63,863 nucleotides of DNA, filler included, from Vicugna vicugna (GCA_013265495.1; 75 parts of 74 records of this genome joined end to end with filler, not necessarily neighbours in it); one strand, 5' to 3'. Shown: positions 12,423-25,024, counted from the first letter of the whole stretch. Notes: generated by a model not told the origin, from the sequence alone. Made by a program: numbers and translations.

Positions 12423-12824
12423 GAAGGACGGCTTTCACACTCGTTTAACTCTCAGAACAGTGCGTGTGGAGAAACGTTGTTTCATCTAGCACAAAGGGAA
12501 CGGGATGTAGGAGAAACACTCACTCGGGGTTCTTGTGTGTTTCCTAGTGCCGTTTTGAAGTTCCTGCAGTTTTCACTGTAAAAACGGCTTGGAGCTTGTA
12601 CATCCCCCTCTATATGTATGGATTGGAGTATACACCTGGAGAGAAACTTTGTGTTCCCAACAAGCTTGGTGAAGGACGGCTTTCACACACGCTTAAACCC
12701 AACAAGCGAAGGACGGCTTTCACAAACGCTTTTCTTTCAGAACAGAACAGGTGGAGAACGTTCGTTCATCTAGCACAAAGGGAATCGGTTGCAGGGGAAA
12801 CATTCACTCTGGAATCTAATCTCA
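12423..12824 (-). repeat. Satellite B
   Basis: Reverse complement of the 248-bp monomer (cctagtgccg, gttcctgcag, gtgttcccaacaagct). Confidence 0.93.
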
Positions 12825-13064
12825 NNNNNNNNNNNNNNNNNNNNNNNNNNNNNNNNNNNNNNNNNNNNTTAATTAATTAANNNNNNNNNNNNNNNNNNNN
12901 NNNNNNNNNNNNNNNNNNNNNNNNTCTCATTTTGGCCCTTATTTTAAAACTTATTTTGTATGAGTACAGCATTGCAATCTTCACTTTCTTGTCATTTCCA
13001 TGGAATAACTTTTCCATTTATTTCAAGTCTATGTTTATCTTCCACAATAAAGTGAGAATTTTTC

Positions 13065-13876
13065 GGTGGGAGGCAAAGATGCTGGAGCAGAAGAATGCTC
13101 GTAGCTCACCCTTTCCCACAAATGTACCAAGACTCACATCCACAGACCCACTCAGCTAACCAGAGAACCTGCATAACTATAACAGGACATTGTCCTCTTC
13201 AATAGATAAAGATGTGAAAAATCTGGTAGGAGAAAAGGATGAAAGAAAGAAGAAAAGGCAAAACAGAGTGGGACAGGTACCATGGGGAGGGAGCAGCAAA
13301 GAGGGAGCAGCTCATTTACTGTGTCTCCCCACTCCAACTGAGATTTCGGCAGGATGGACGGGGAGCCTCCAAGGCTTGGACCTGTACAAAGTATAAGTTG
13401 ACTGACAGAACTAAGTTAAACAGGCACAGAGGATCCCTGTGAGTCCTAGCAAATGATGCAGCCTGGAAGCTGGGGGCATGGTCATGCTGCCCAAACTGGG
13501 TGTTAGATGGGGATGGCTGCAATGTGGCAGCCTGGAGGAATGGAGTGGGCTTTGTGCTATGGCTGTGGGAGCACAGGGCAGAACACCTGGGCCCTCCATA
13601 AAACAACAGGGCAGATGAGCCCTGTGGCTGGAAGGGTGCATTCCCCATCTCTGAAAATCCACAAATTTTCTAGGTGAAGAGAGCTGGGGTTCAGACACAG
13701 CCACCATATCCTCTGGTGTTTTGCACCCATGTGGCAGTATAGGCAAAAACTGCATCTACACCTAAGGACTTTGCAGCCTCAAGGGCCAGACAGACTCTTG
13801 TCTAAACCATGAGGCACATAGGGTCCTAATTTAATGGTCCCTCAGGGAACTTGTCCGCTAAGAAAAACAAGGAGCT
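13065..13876 (+). mobile_element. 5' UTR of a formerly full-length L1, CpG-decayed
   Basis: Starts gggaggcaaagatgctggag...ctcaccctttcccacaaa, resembling laurasiatherian L1 5' ends (AAGATGGCGG-type); abrupt AT-to-GC shift. Confidence 0.6.
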
Positions 13877-13976
13877 NNNNNNNNNNNNNNNNNNNNNNNN
13901 NNNNNNNNNNNNNNNNNNNNTTAATTAATTAANNNNNNNNNNNNNNNNNNNNNNNNNNNNNNNNNNNNNNNNNNNN

Positions 13977-14310
13977 GGTGAGAGCTGAGGCTGCAGAGAT
14001 CGGTGAGGGCCCGGATCACATAGGGCCTTGGTAGGGACTCTGGATAACCTTCTGAATACAATGGAAAATCACGAAAGTATTTTGCAAAGTAGAACAACTT
14101 GATCTGATTCATACTTTAATAAGACCGTTGTGGGTTACTTATGGGGAATAAGCAATGGAAGCAGGGCAAGGTAAGCTGATGGGAAGCCAGTGGGAAGAGT
14201 GCTGCTGACCTGGATAGAGACAACGAGGTTGAGCTGGGATGATGGCGGGAGACGGGCTGAAAGGAGGACACAATTTAACAGTAACGGTCACAGGCCTCAG
14301 TGCTCGAGTT
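13977..14310 (-). mobile_element. L2 fragment
   Basis: G-rich L2 antisense pattern (ggcccggatcacatagggccttg...aatggaaaatc...gatctgattcatacttt). Confidence 0.6.
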
Positions 14311-14411
14311 GGACACAGGCACAGAGTGGTACAGAGTGATGGGTATGTGATATTTGGGGATAAGCCACAGTTTTTGTGCAGAGACCTGACATGAGAATAA
14401 AGTGTGGATGT

Positions 14412-14487
14412 TGACGTCAGTAAGAAAGGTTGGTGGGTTTTGAATTCCCGCTAGAGTCGCGTCTCTGTATCTCTGTAGATGACGTCA
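14412..14487. promoter_or_regulatory. Two perfect CRE palindromes (TGACGTCA)
   Basis: TGACGTCA at 14412-14419 and 14480-14487, in sequence that retains CpGs. Confidence 0.35.
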
Positions 14488-14923
14488 GCAGAGCAGGGAT
14501 GGGTGTTCCTACTTCTGCAGAGAATTGCGTGTCCTCCTCATCAACTAATTCGAGAGGCCGACATCCTCTCGCAACATCTTGAATCTGCTTCTTTCTATCC
14601 AGGAGGAGATTTCCAACTAAGATGCCAATCAAAAATTCCCGTGTCCAGAGTTAAAGCTGTGTGCCTTGGGGAGGATCTCAGAGACGCCTCCACAGAGGCT
14701 CGGTGTGCTCTCTCTCCCTCAGAGAAGACAGTTACCTTCAGCCCGCTGTGTCTCAGCAGAGAAGATTTCACACAGAGACCCTCTCAGGCCCTGGGGACCA
14801 ACCACCCGCTTGGCCGAGCTCTGNNNNNNNNNNNNNNNNNNNNNNNNNNNNNNNNNNNNNNNNNNNNTTAATTAATTAANNNNNNNNNNNNNNNNNNNNN
14901 NNNNNNNNNNNNNNNNNNNNNNN

Positions 14924-15266
14924 ACATGGCAACTGAATACAATAATGGGTTGCAGATGGCGACATAGAGGTCATAGGCCATGGATGCCAGGAGAAAACAC
15001 TCTGCCACCCCAAAGAACCCAAAGAACCACTGCTGCAAAGCACAGCCCAGGAAAGAGATGGCTTTCCTCTTCACAAAGAAGTCAGTGAGCATCTTGGGGC
15101 TCATGGCTGAGGAGAAGCACATGTCCACAAAGGACAGGTGGCTAAGGAAAAAGTACATGGGCGTGTGAAGGCAGGCATCGATCTGTAGCAGAGCAACCAT
15201 CCCCAAGTTTCTGGTTAGGTGGATGACGTAGAAACTCAGAAAGAGCAGGAAGAGAAGCAACTGCAA
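14924..15266 (-). pseudogene. Olfactory receptor (class II, family 5-like) pseudogene fragment, TM1-TM3/IC2
   Basis: [49 protein letters not shown]->DLY, GN->RN; in-frame TGA upstream and no start ATG. Confidence 0.92.
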
Positions 15267-15430
15267 CCGACGCTGGTTTCCACCGCGGAGAGCAGAGGCA
15301 TCACAACAGACTGGGTGAGCGTATCTTCAANNNNNNNNNNNNNNNNNNNNNNNNNNNNNNNNNNNNNNNNNNNNTTAATTAATTAANNNNNNNNNNNNNN
15401 NNNNNNNNNNNNNNNNNNNNNNNNNNNNNN

Positions 15431-16174
15431 GTCCTGTGCTCTTTCAGATTTTTGAGATAAGCGTAATCAAAGTGAAGTTATCCTAATCGAAATTGTATGG
15501 GGTGTTCATCACAACAAAGGCAACACCAGCAATTGGAAATAGACCAGACAACACACACAGGAACAGGACATGGCATCAATGTCTAGGAGAAATTGTCCTC
15601 ACAGAAATCCCATGGAATTGCGTAGAGCCAAGTGTCTAAAATTTTCACTTAACAAAGCCCTAGATGACTACATTAGATACCTGATATTACGTGATCAGTA
15701 GAGTTGAAGAAGTACAGTAAAAGAAACAATAAGTACCATTTTCAGTTCCAAAGATATTGAAGGCCCAAAAGATAAGCTTTCAAACAACTAGACTGCAAAA
15801 CGCTATCCAGACCAAGTGTTGAAAATGGAGGTCAGNNNNNNNNNNNNNNNNNNNNNNNNNNNNNNNNNNNNNNNNNNNNNNNNNNNNNNNNNNNNNNNNN
15901 NNNNNNAGACGAGCCAAAAGATATCAGAAAACTCAGTGGATGTGATAATATCAGGGCTAAAATTCAGTCCTTAGCAGACTATATAATGCAGAGGGACGCG
16001 TGAATGACTGTGAAGACAGGGGATCAGAAATCCCTCGGTCAGAAGCAGACATAGGAAAGCAAGTGCAAACCAATGAAAACATTGGTGTTGAATCCTGGGT
16101 TAAGACAGGGCATGAAAGACTTGAATTCTTTAGAGTCCCAGATGGAAAAGCAAGAGATAAAGAAACAAAAAATG
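15431..16174 (+). mobile_element. Degenerate L1 ORF1-derived multicopy fragment, paralogue of 28870-29240
   Basis: ~15808-16174 nearly identical to 28870-29240. Confidence 0.75.
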
Positions 16175-17199
16175 NNNNNNNNNNNNNNNNNNNNNNNNNN
16201 NNNNNNNNNNNNNNNNNNTTAATTAATTAANNNNNNNNNNNNNNNNNNNNNNNNNNNNNNNNNNNNNNNNNNNNTTGTTGTTTGAAACAAAAATTACTAA
16301 ACAAAGTAACAAAGTAAGCGGACTAAACCTAGACATGTGTATGACACAGTTGAGTTTATCTCAGGATTTAAATGTGGTTTTGATCTCCAGGATCTCTTTA
16401 TCAAATTACCATATGCAAAGTGCCTGTGGAACACTTCTCAGAAATATGTTTTAAAATCATAAGATTTAGAGAATAAAGAAGGAAGATAATTATACTGGAA
16501 AGCAGATATCAAAATATAGAAATGNNNNNNNNNNNNNNNNNNNNNNNNNNNNNNNNNNNNNNNNNNNNNNNNNNNNNNNNNNNNNNNNNNNNNNNNNNNN
16601 NNNNNNNNNNNNNNNNNNNNNNNNNNNNNNNNNNNNNNNNNNNNNNNNNNNNNNNNNNNNNNNNNNNNNNNNNNNNNNNNNNNNNNNNNNNNNNNNNNNN
16701 NNNNNNNNNNNNNNNNNNNNNNNNNNNNNNNNNNNNNNNNNNNNNNNNNNNNNNNNNNNNNNNNNNNNNNNNNNNNNNNNNNNNNNNNNNNNNNNNNNNN
16801 NNNNNNNNNNNNNNNNNNNNNNNNNNNNNNNNNNNNNNNNNNNNNNNNNNNNNNNNNNNNNNNNNNNNNNNNNNNNNNNNNNNNNNNNNNNNNNNNNNNN
16901 NNNNNNNNNNNNNNNNNNNNNNNNNNNNNNNNNNNNNNNNNNNNNNNNNNNNNNNNNNNNNNNNNNNNNNNNNNNNNNNNNNNNNNNNNNNNNNNNNNNN
17001 NNNNNNNNNNNNNNNNNNNTCCAAATTTGCATCCAAACGTACAGTGCAGTCAGTCGAAGCTCAGCCAGACGCTAAGTTGTTTGTTGTTGCTCTGTCTCTN
17101 NNNNNNNNNNNNNNNNNNNNNNNNNNNNNNNNNNNNNNNNNNNTTAATTAATTAANNNNNNNNNNNNNNNNNNNNNNNNNNNNNNNNNNNNNNNNNNNN

Positions 17200-17922
17200 A
17201 CACCCAAAAGTCAGCAGAAGGAAGGAAATAGTAAGGATCAGGGATTAAATAAATAACTTAGAGTTTAAAAAAATAAAGAAAATAATCAATCAAACCAAAA
17301 GCTAGATTTTTTAAAGAGCAAATTAAATCAAAAAACGTCTGGCCAAACTCACAAAGAAGAAAAAAGAGAGAGCACAAATTTGCAAAATAAGAATTTGCAA
17401 AATAAGAAAGGAAAATGGAGAAATTACAACAAATAACATAGAAATACAGAATATCATATGACAATATCATGAAAAACTACATGGACAAAAATGAATAGCC
17501 TAGAGGAGATGGACAAGTTTCTGGAAACATACAGCCCACCAAGACTGAATCAAGAAGATACTGACCACTTGAACAAACCAATCACTAGGACTGAAATCGA
17601 AGTAACAATAAAAAACCTCCCTACAAATAAAAGTCCAGACTGGACAGCTTCACCGGGGAATTCTGCCGCACATACAAAGAAGAACTCATACCAGTCCTTC
17701 TCAAACTCTTCCAGAAGATTGAAAAGAAGTAATATTCCCAAACTCATTCTATGAAGCCACCATCACCCTGATACCAAAACCAGGTAAAAACACCACCAAA
17801 GAAGAGAATTACAGACCAATATCACTGATGAACACAGATGCAAAAAGTCCTTACCAAAATATTAGCAAATAGAATCGAACAGCACATAAAAAAGATTATA
17901 TATCATGCTCAAATGGGGTTCA
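17200..17922 (+). mobile_element. L1 ORF2 fragment (Z region to start of RT), frameshifted
   Basis: [43 protein letters not shown]; 15-bp tandem duplication at 17377-17406. Confidence 0.97.
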
Positions 17923-18950
17923 NNNNNNNNNNNNNNNNNNNNNNNNNNNNNNNNNNNNNNNNNNNNTTAATTAATTAANNNNNNNNNNNNNNNNNNNNNN
18001 NNNNNNNNNNNNNNNNNNNNNNACTGTCCATCAGGCGCCCCCTCTTGTAGGAGCTTTTATCACATCATTCGGCTGATCCATCCCAGGAATACAGCTGATT
18101 TTCTGCAGGTGGCACCACTTGCTGGTGACACGAAGGAGGCATGTTAGCCACCTCCCAAACACTGAGGCTTCTCCTGGGAGGAGCCTGCAGATCCCCAGTC
18201 CAGCCTCTGCACAATGATGCTCCTCAGTGTCACTCCTGGCTTGCTGCCCTGGCCAGAACCTCANNNNNNNNNNNNNNNNNNNNNNNNNNNNNNNNNNNNN
18301 NNNNNNNNNNNNNNNNNNNNNNNNNNNNNNNNNNNNNNNNNNNNNNNNNNNNNNNNNNNNNNNNNNNNNNNNNNNNNNNNNNNNNNNNNNNNNNNNNNNN
18401 NNNNNNNNNNNNNNNNNNNNNNNNNNNNNNNNNNNNNNNNNNNNNNNNNNNNNNNNNNNNNNNNNNNNNNNNNNNNNNNNNNNNNNNNNNNNNNNNNNNN
18501 NNNNNNNNNNNNNNNNNNNNNNNNNNNNNNNNNNNNNNNNNNNNNNNNNNNNNNNNNNNNNNNNNNNNGGATGCTCCCACACTGCCGCGTTCCCCCCAGA
18601 GACCGAGGGCTTTCTGCTTGTTCCGGAAGGCCCCACCCCCGAGGGGACACTGGGTCCAGTGGAGCGTCCAGCCTGCTTCCCAGCCAGCCCTTAGGGCTTT
18701 CGTGGGGCCTGGAACATCACCTAACCTCCTCTTAGGGGCCCGTTTGTCCTTTCCAGCCAACAGACCTATGTCATAAGCACTTTAACTCACCTGAGGGTGT
18801 TTTCCTCACTTCAGGGGCAGTGAGGACTGGGTTTCTTCACACTCCAAGTGCCCCCGTTCTGGATGAAGACAGTCTGGCTCTCCCCCAAGTCCTGCAGGTC
18901 CGGGCCACACCTGCTGCTGGTCACTGAGTCTGTGCTGTGTTCTCTTCCAG

Positions 18951-19016
18951 GACAAGAGGTGCACTTTGCCCCCTGCCCCGCCCCCACCAGCGGTAGCAGA
19001 GGCGGCGAACACCCAG
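18951..19016 (+). other. Candidate 66-nt internal exon
   Basis: Pyrimidine tract ttctcttccag acceptor; CAG|GTGAGC donor; length divisible by 3; two open phases. Confidence 0.3.
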
Positions 19017-19429
19017 GTGAGCTGGGGCCTGAGACAGTGCCCTCAAATCAGTGCCCCAGATGCTGCTGGTGACTACAGGGACCACGGGGCAGAAGCCAGC
19101 ATGCGAAGGGAGGAGGAGGAAGGTTCAGGATAAGGAGATGAAAGGGGCAACGGATAGCACCGTGAGGACAACGACCATGAAAGGGAAGAGGAAAGATAGT
19201 GACAGCAGGAGTGGTNNNNNNNNNNNNNNNNNNNNNNNNNNNNNNNNNNNNNNNNNNNNTTAATTAATTAANNNNNNNNNNNNNNNNNNNNNNNNNNNNN
19301 NNNNNNNNNNNNNNNCGGGCAGCCTGCACGCTGGCCACAGCCCATCAGAATCTGTTCCCCACCAAGAGGCCACACGTGATCATGAGCAGGGCTCCAGGCC
19401 TCTGGAGCAGCGCGGCTTGGACTGGGTCC

Positions 19430-19522
19430 TGGCCCTGGGTGCGTGAGCTCCATGCCCTTGGTTGAGTCAGTTAACATCTCTAAGCTACAGTTTCCTCATC
19501 AGTAAAATGAGGACATAATAAA
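19430..19522 (+). mobile_element. MIR core
   Basis: ccttgg..agtcagttaacatctct..cagtttcctcatcagtaaaatgaggacataata. Confidence 0.85.
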
Positions 19523-20289
19523 TATGGAAAAAAACCAGAATCTGAGGGGGACTAAATTTCTGGTGATTGAANNNNNNNNNNNNNNNNNNNNNNNNNNNNN
19601 NNNNNNNNNNNNNNNNNNNNNNNNNNNNNNNNNNNNNNNNNNNNNNNNNNNNNNNNNNNNNNNNNNNNNNNNNNNNNNNNNNNNNNNNNNNNNNNNNNNN
19701 NNNNNNNNNNNNNNNNNNNNNNNNNNNNNNNNNNNNNNNNNNNNNNNNNNNNNNNNNNNNNNNNNNNNNNNNNNNNNNNNNNNNNNNNNNNNNNNNNNNN
19801 NNNNNNNNNNNNNNNNNNNNNNNNNNNNNNNNNNNNNNNNNNNNNNNNNNNNNNNNNNNNNNNNNNNNNNNNNNNNNNNNNNNNNNNNNNNNNNNNNNNN
19901 NNNNNNNNACGTCTTACACACTTTGGCGTTATTCTAAATCAATTTACAATTGAGGGTCACAGTGTCCATTGTTTTATCCACTCAGAAGATCCTGACTTTG
20001 GAGCGTGAAGCAGGAGCCCTCCTCTCTGGAGTTGGTGTTTACCAATTACAGTCTCAGTAGAGCCAACATAACTGCTCTAGACCTTTGGAAGTGCAGGGTC
20101 AAAGCTTACCTGGGAGCTCACATCCTATACATGTAAACATGTTAAGTGCACNNNNNNNNNNNNNNNNNNNNNNNNNNNNNNNNNNNNNNNNNNNNTTAAT
20201 TAATTAANNNNNNNNNNNNNNNNNNNNNNNNNNNNNNNNNNNNNNNNNNNNCCTCAGACCCAGCTTAAAACATGTGGGCAGGGAGGAAA

Positions 20290-20525
20290 AAACCCTATTT
20301 TATAATTTCATTGGCATGAAACAACCAGTAGGGGTAAAGACACGCAAAGAGAAAGAGGACTTGGGTTTGTCAGGGGCTGGGTGAGGAGGAAGGGGAGTGC
20401 GTGCTCTGGATCCAAGGTTTCACTTTGAGGAAAGAAATAGTGTGAAACTAGATGGTAGTGATGGTCGCACAACATTGTGAATGCCCCTAATGCTCCTGAA
20501 TTGCACAATTTAAAAGGGGAAAAGT
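20290..20525 (+). mobile_element. Old L1M (L1MB/MC-like) 3' end
   Basis: gtagtgatggtcgcacaacattgtgaatgcccctaatgctcctgaattgcacaatttaaaa. Confidence 0.8.
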
Positions 20526-20610
20526 CTANNNNNNNNNNNNNNNNNNNNNNNNNNNNNNNNNNNNNNNNNNNNNNNNNNNNNNNNNNNNNNNNNNNNNNNN
20601 NNNNNNNNNN

Positions 20611-20969
20611 AGCAAAGGAAACTAAAGAAAATGAAACAAAAACATCTGCAGCGGAAGTGACGTGAAGTTTGAGAGGGGGAGGGGACTGATGATGGGATTT
20701 TGGAGAACATTTTGGAGAAGAAGTTGTGGGTGGGTGCAGAGGGGGCTCTGACCCAGATGGTGGTGTTTCCTGAACTGGTTCTTCGTTGCCCAGCATTTCA
20801 GCTGCAGATTCAGGTCCAGGAGGAGCTGCAGGAGAGGCAGGAGGGAGCTCGGTGTCTCCTGCTGGATCCAGATCGTCCTTTTTCTGGCCTCTGACATCTT
20901 CCCTTGCCCCTGCCTCCTCTGTAACTATTGGATGTGGAGACAGTTTTAAGTCTTGTGGAAGAGCTCATA
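20611..20969 (-). other. Candidate Pro/Glu-rich exon or pseudo-exon of an unidentified gene
   Basis: tttcctctttcacag acceptor, then a TGA, then ~115 stop-free codons (ALPQDLKLSPHPIVTEEAG...PPASPAAPPGPESAAE...). Confidence 0.3.
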
Positions 20970-21354
20970 CTGTGAAAGAGGAAAAATTTATGCACCTACC
21001 TCCCTTTCCATGTGCCTCTTCAAGGACAGAAACCTTCCCAGAGCTTTCCAGACAGCTCCCACCCAGAAAGTGCCCACAGGATGTGTTCTGTGACTGAGGC
21101 CATTTTTCTGGTCCCAACAGTAGCCTCTAGGGACACCTCCCTGTGTGGCCCAGCCCTTGCCCCTCCCTCACCTACACACATACACCAGCCCTGCCTTTCT
21201 GACCTTTGGTCTCGTCTCTGCTNNNNNNNNNNNNNNNNNNNNNNNNNNNNNNNNNNNNNNNNNNNNTTAATTAATTAANNNNNNNNNNNNNNNNNNNNNN
21301 NNNNNNNNNNNNNNNNNNNNNNTTATTAATAAGGTTTTAAAGTGTCAATCACAC

Positions 21355-21492
21355 TTTTGAAATGATAGTATATTGGATATTTTGGGATAAATGTAATTAT
21401 TACTGGAATTAATTTCACTTGTTCCTTTTTATTTTCTAAATGGGATTACTGGAAAATTGTGACTTGCACTATGTTTCTATTGACAGTGCTGG
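21355..21492. mobile_element. MER3/MER33-like hAT-Charlie element end
   Basis: attaatttcacttgttcctttt...tatgtttctattgacagtgctg terminus. Confidence 0.7.
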
Positions 21493-21686
21493 CTTCTAAC
21501 TTATTGCAAATAATAGGAAAAGAAAACTTTGATGAAAAATCTTGTAATTGAGTAGTTGATTTACATCATATTAGTTTCAGGTGTACNNNNNNNNNNNNNN
21601 NNNNNNNNNNNNNNNNNNNNNNNNNNNNNNTTAATTAATTAANNNNNNNNNNNNNNNNNNNNNNNNNNNNNNNNNNNNNNNNNNNN

Positions 21687-22165
21687 GAACATTGCTAAGA
21701 TTTATGTCAGAGAATGGTTTGCATATGTTTTTTTCTAGCAGATTTCTTGTGTTTTGTCTTATATTTAAATCTTTAAGCCATTTTGAGTTTATTTTTGTGT
21801 ATAGAGTGAGGGAGTGTTCTAACTTCATTGATTTACATGCTGCTGTCCAGTTTTTGCAACGCCATTTACTGAAGGGACTATCTTTTCTCCATTGTATATT
21901 CTTGACTCCTTTGTCAAACATTAATTGACCATAGGTCTGCAGATTTATTTCCGGGCTCTCTATTCTGTTCCATTGATCCATATGTCTGTTTTTATGCCAA
22001 TACTATGCTGTTTTGATTATTGTAGTTCTATAATATTGTCTGAAGTCTGGGAGGATTATTCCTCCAGTTTTGTTCTTTTTTCTTCAACACTGCTTTATTT
22101 CTGGCTGGGTCTTTTGTGATTCCATGTAAATCTTAGGATCATTTCTTCCAGTTCTGTAAAAAAAA
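21687..22165 (-). mobile_element. L1 ORF2 C-terminal fragment
   Basis: [34 protein letters not shown]...[17 protein letters not shown]. Confidence 0.97.
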
Positions 22166-22266
22166 NNNNNNNNNNNNNNNNNNNNNNNNNNNNNNNNNNN
22201 NNNNNNNNNTTAATTAATTAANNNNNNNNNNNNNNNNNNNNNNNNNNNNNNNNNNNNNNNNNNNNT

Positions 22267-22380
<114 letters not shown>

Positions 22381-22754
22381 TCATCAAAGAGATGATGCCA
22401 AGCATCTCATCAGTGACTGTTAAGTGCTGCCTGGGCAACAGGTGGAGCATCGCATGCTCATGTATCAGGTGATCTCTCACTCGATGTCCTGGTGCTCTCA
22501 GGCATGGGACACCTTTTCTTAAAGGTAGGTTATCACATAAAAATAAAAGCCATAGCAATGAGTTTGGTAGTCTTAAACTTTTATTTAAAATAAATTACAA
22601 AGGAAAAATTACTGTTAGCATGGATCTTTTTCCCTCACTTATTAACTTAGACAATATTAATATTCTGCAGAAGACAGTTTGGGAACCATTGGGCTAAGAA
22701 ACAATGAAGAGATCATAAGTGTATTTTTAAGGAAGGGACTTCGAGGTCCCATGG

Positions 22755-22920
22755 CAGGGGCTGGCAAACTTTTCCCTAAAGGATCATATGGTAAATATTT
22801 TTTACTCTATTGGGCCACACAGTCTGTGTTACAGCCACTCAGTTTTGTAGCTGTGGCAGCAGCCACAGGCAATACGGTAAAGAATGGGCACAGGGGTGTC
22901 CCAATGCATCTCTATTTACA
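22755..22920 (+). mobile_element. MER58A-like hAT-Charlie non-autonomous DNA transposon
   Basis: caggggctggcaaacttttc..taaagg..tggtaaatatttt..gggccac..gcagccacaggcaatacg..gaatgggc. Confidence 0.85.
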
Positions 22921-23020
22921 NNNNNNNNNNNNNNNNNNNNNNNNNNNNNNNNNNNNNNNNNNNNTTAATTAATTAANNNNNNNNNNNNNNNNNNNNNNNN
23001 NNNNNNNNNNNNNNNNNNNN

Positions 23021-23907
23021 CTCCCTTAATGAAATTATTTATTGTTCATAATAGTCAGTGTGGAGATCTTAGGACACTCTATGTAGATTTTTATGCCATC
23101 AGTACTGGTGAAAATTTGGCCTCTTTTTCCATTTTGCATTTCTTTTACTTTTTTTCTTTTCCTCTTCCTTTCTTGTATTAGTGTGGAACACAAGTGGTGA
23201 CAGTAGGAGCCCTTGTCTTGTTCCCGAATTTACCCAGAAGGCTTTCAGCCTTTCCCCTGAGTATTATAAATTGTTATAAATGGCCTTTAGTATGTTGAGA
23301 GATGTTCCCATTTTACTCACTTTCATGAGAGTTCTGAAGGTTAATGTATGTTGAATTTTCAAATGCTTTTTCTTTGTGTATTGACATGGTCTTGTGAATA
23401 TTGTACTTCCTTTATTAGATAATTATCATACTGATTGAATTGTGTATGTTGAACCATCCTTGTGTCTCTGGAAGGAATCCAACTGAACATAATGTATAAT
23501 CTTTTCTATGTATTGCTGGATTAATTTGTTGATGTTTTTTGAGGATTTTTGAATATATATTCATCTAGGATATTGGATTTTAATTTTCATTTTTTTTTTG
23601 GTATTGTCTTTTACTGGTTTTGTTATCAGTGTAGTGGTGGCCTCATAGAATAACTTTGGGAATTTTCCTTCTATCTTCATTTTTTAAAATAGAATAGTTG
23701 GGGAGGTTTTAGTGAATGCATCCAGGCATTTTGTTCAAGGGGTGTTTTTAAAATTATAGATTTTATTTAACTTATACTGATTGCTCTTTTCAAGTTCTCA
23801 GTTTTCCCTTACTTTACTATTGGCAGGCTGTACATTTCTAGAAAATTGTGCATTTCTTTTAAGTAGTCCAGTTTGTTGTCATGTAAAAGCTCATAGTGCT
23901 TTCATAA
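23021..23907 (-). mobile_element. Degenerate L1 ORF2 fragment
   Basis: ccttgtcttgttcc, gctttcagc, tgttgaaccatccttg, tatattcatc..gatattgg, gtggcctcatagaa. Confidence 0.9.
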
Positions 23908-24007
23908 NNNNNNNNNNNNNNNNNNNNNNNNNNNNNNNNNNNNNNNNNNNNTTAATTAATTAANNNNNNNNNNNNNNNNNNNNNNNNNNNNNNNNNNNNN
24001 NNNNNNN

Positions 24008-24062
24008 TGTGTTTCTGTGTCTGTGTCTGTGACGGTGTCTGTGTGTGTCTATATGTGTGTTA
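24008..24062. repeat. Degenerate (TGTGTC)n/(TG)n microsatellite
   Basis: Directly visible. Confidence 0.7.
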
Positions 24063-25024
24063 GCGTGTCCTAAAAGTTACTGTGATTGGTCTTGATCTTG
24101 ATAGATTATTGCTCTGATGACACTAAAAAACAGATTGGGAGTTGGATTCCTTGCTTTTGTTTTCTGGTAGCTTGCAATATTGCACAATTATTGGTTTTAC
24201 TTACCTGAGCTACCTCTGATAATATTTCAAAATGGCACTTTCCTGACGCTACTGTGTGGATAAAAGATGTGCTTTCATTGTCACTTCTTAGAATTCTCTG
24301 GTAGTTAATGCCACTGTTGTCACTGGGACGGAGAACCCTTCCTTTTATCTGATATCCCTTGAGAATCAGTGTACACATTGAGGAAAGTTGTAAAGACAGG
24401 TGGGTATTTGGAATCAGGCAAGTGCCTTTCCCATGTCCAGTGTTGCAAGGTAACTTGNNNNNNNNNNNNNNNNNNNNNNNNNNNNNNNNNNNNNNNNNNN
24501 NNNNNNNNNNNNNNNNNNNNNNNNNNNNNNNNNNNNNNNNNNNNNNNNNNNNNNNNNNNNNNNNNNNNNNNNNNNNNNNNNNNNNNNNNNNNNNNNNNNN
24601 NNNNNNNNNNNNNNNNNNNNNNNNNNNNNNNNNNNNNNNNNNNNNNNNNNNNNNNNNNNNNNNNNNNNNNNNNNNNNNNNNNNNNNNNNNNNNNNNNNNN
24701 NNNNNNNNNNNNNNNNNNNNNNNNNNNNNNNNNNNNNNNNNNNNNNNNNNNNNNNNNNNNNNNNNNNNNNNNNNNNTCAGATGTGAATGTTTTACTGACT
24801 GTAGATGTAAAGGGAGAGACAAAAATAGTTTCAACTTATGTCACATTTAAGAGTATATAGTTTTTCAACTAAAAGCTTTAATTCTAATTAGGAAATTATA
24901 ACACTAAAGAAAGTAAATAAATCANNNNNNNNNNNNNNNNNNNNNNNNNNNNNNNNNNNNNNNNNNNNTTAATTAATTAANNNNNNNNNNNNNNNNNNNN
25001 NNNNNNNNNNNNNNNNNNNNNNNN

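Noticed and set aside
17025..17032. Octamer ATTTGCAT as an immunoglobulin or snRNA promoter
   Set aside because: Isolated 8-mer with no leader exon, V exon or snRNA visible
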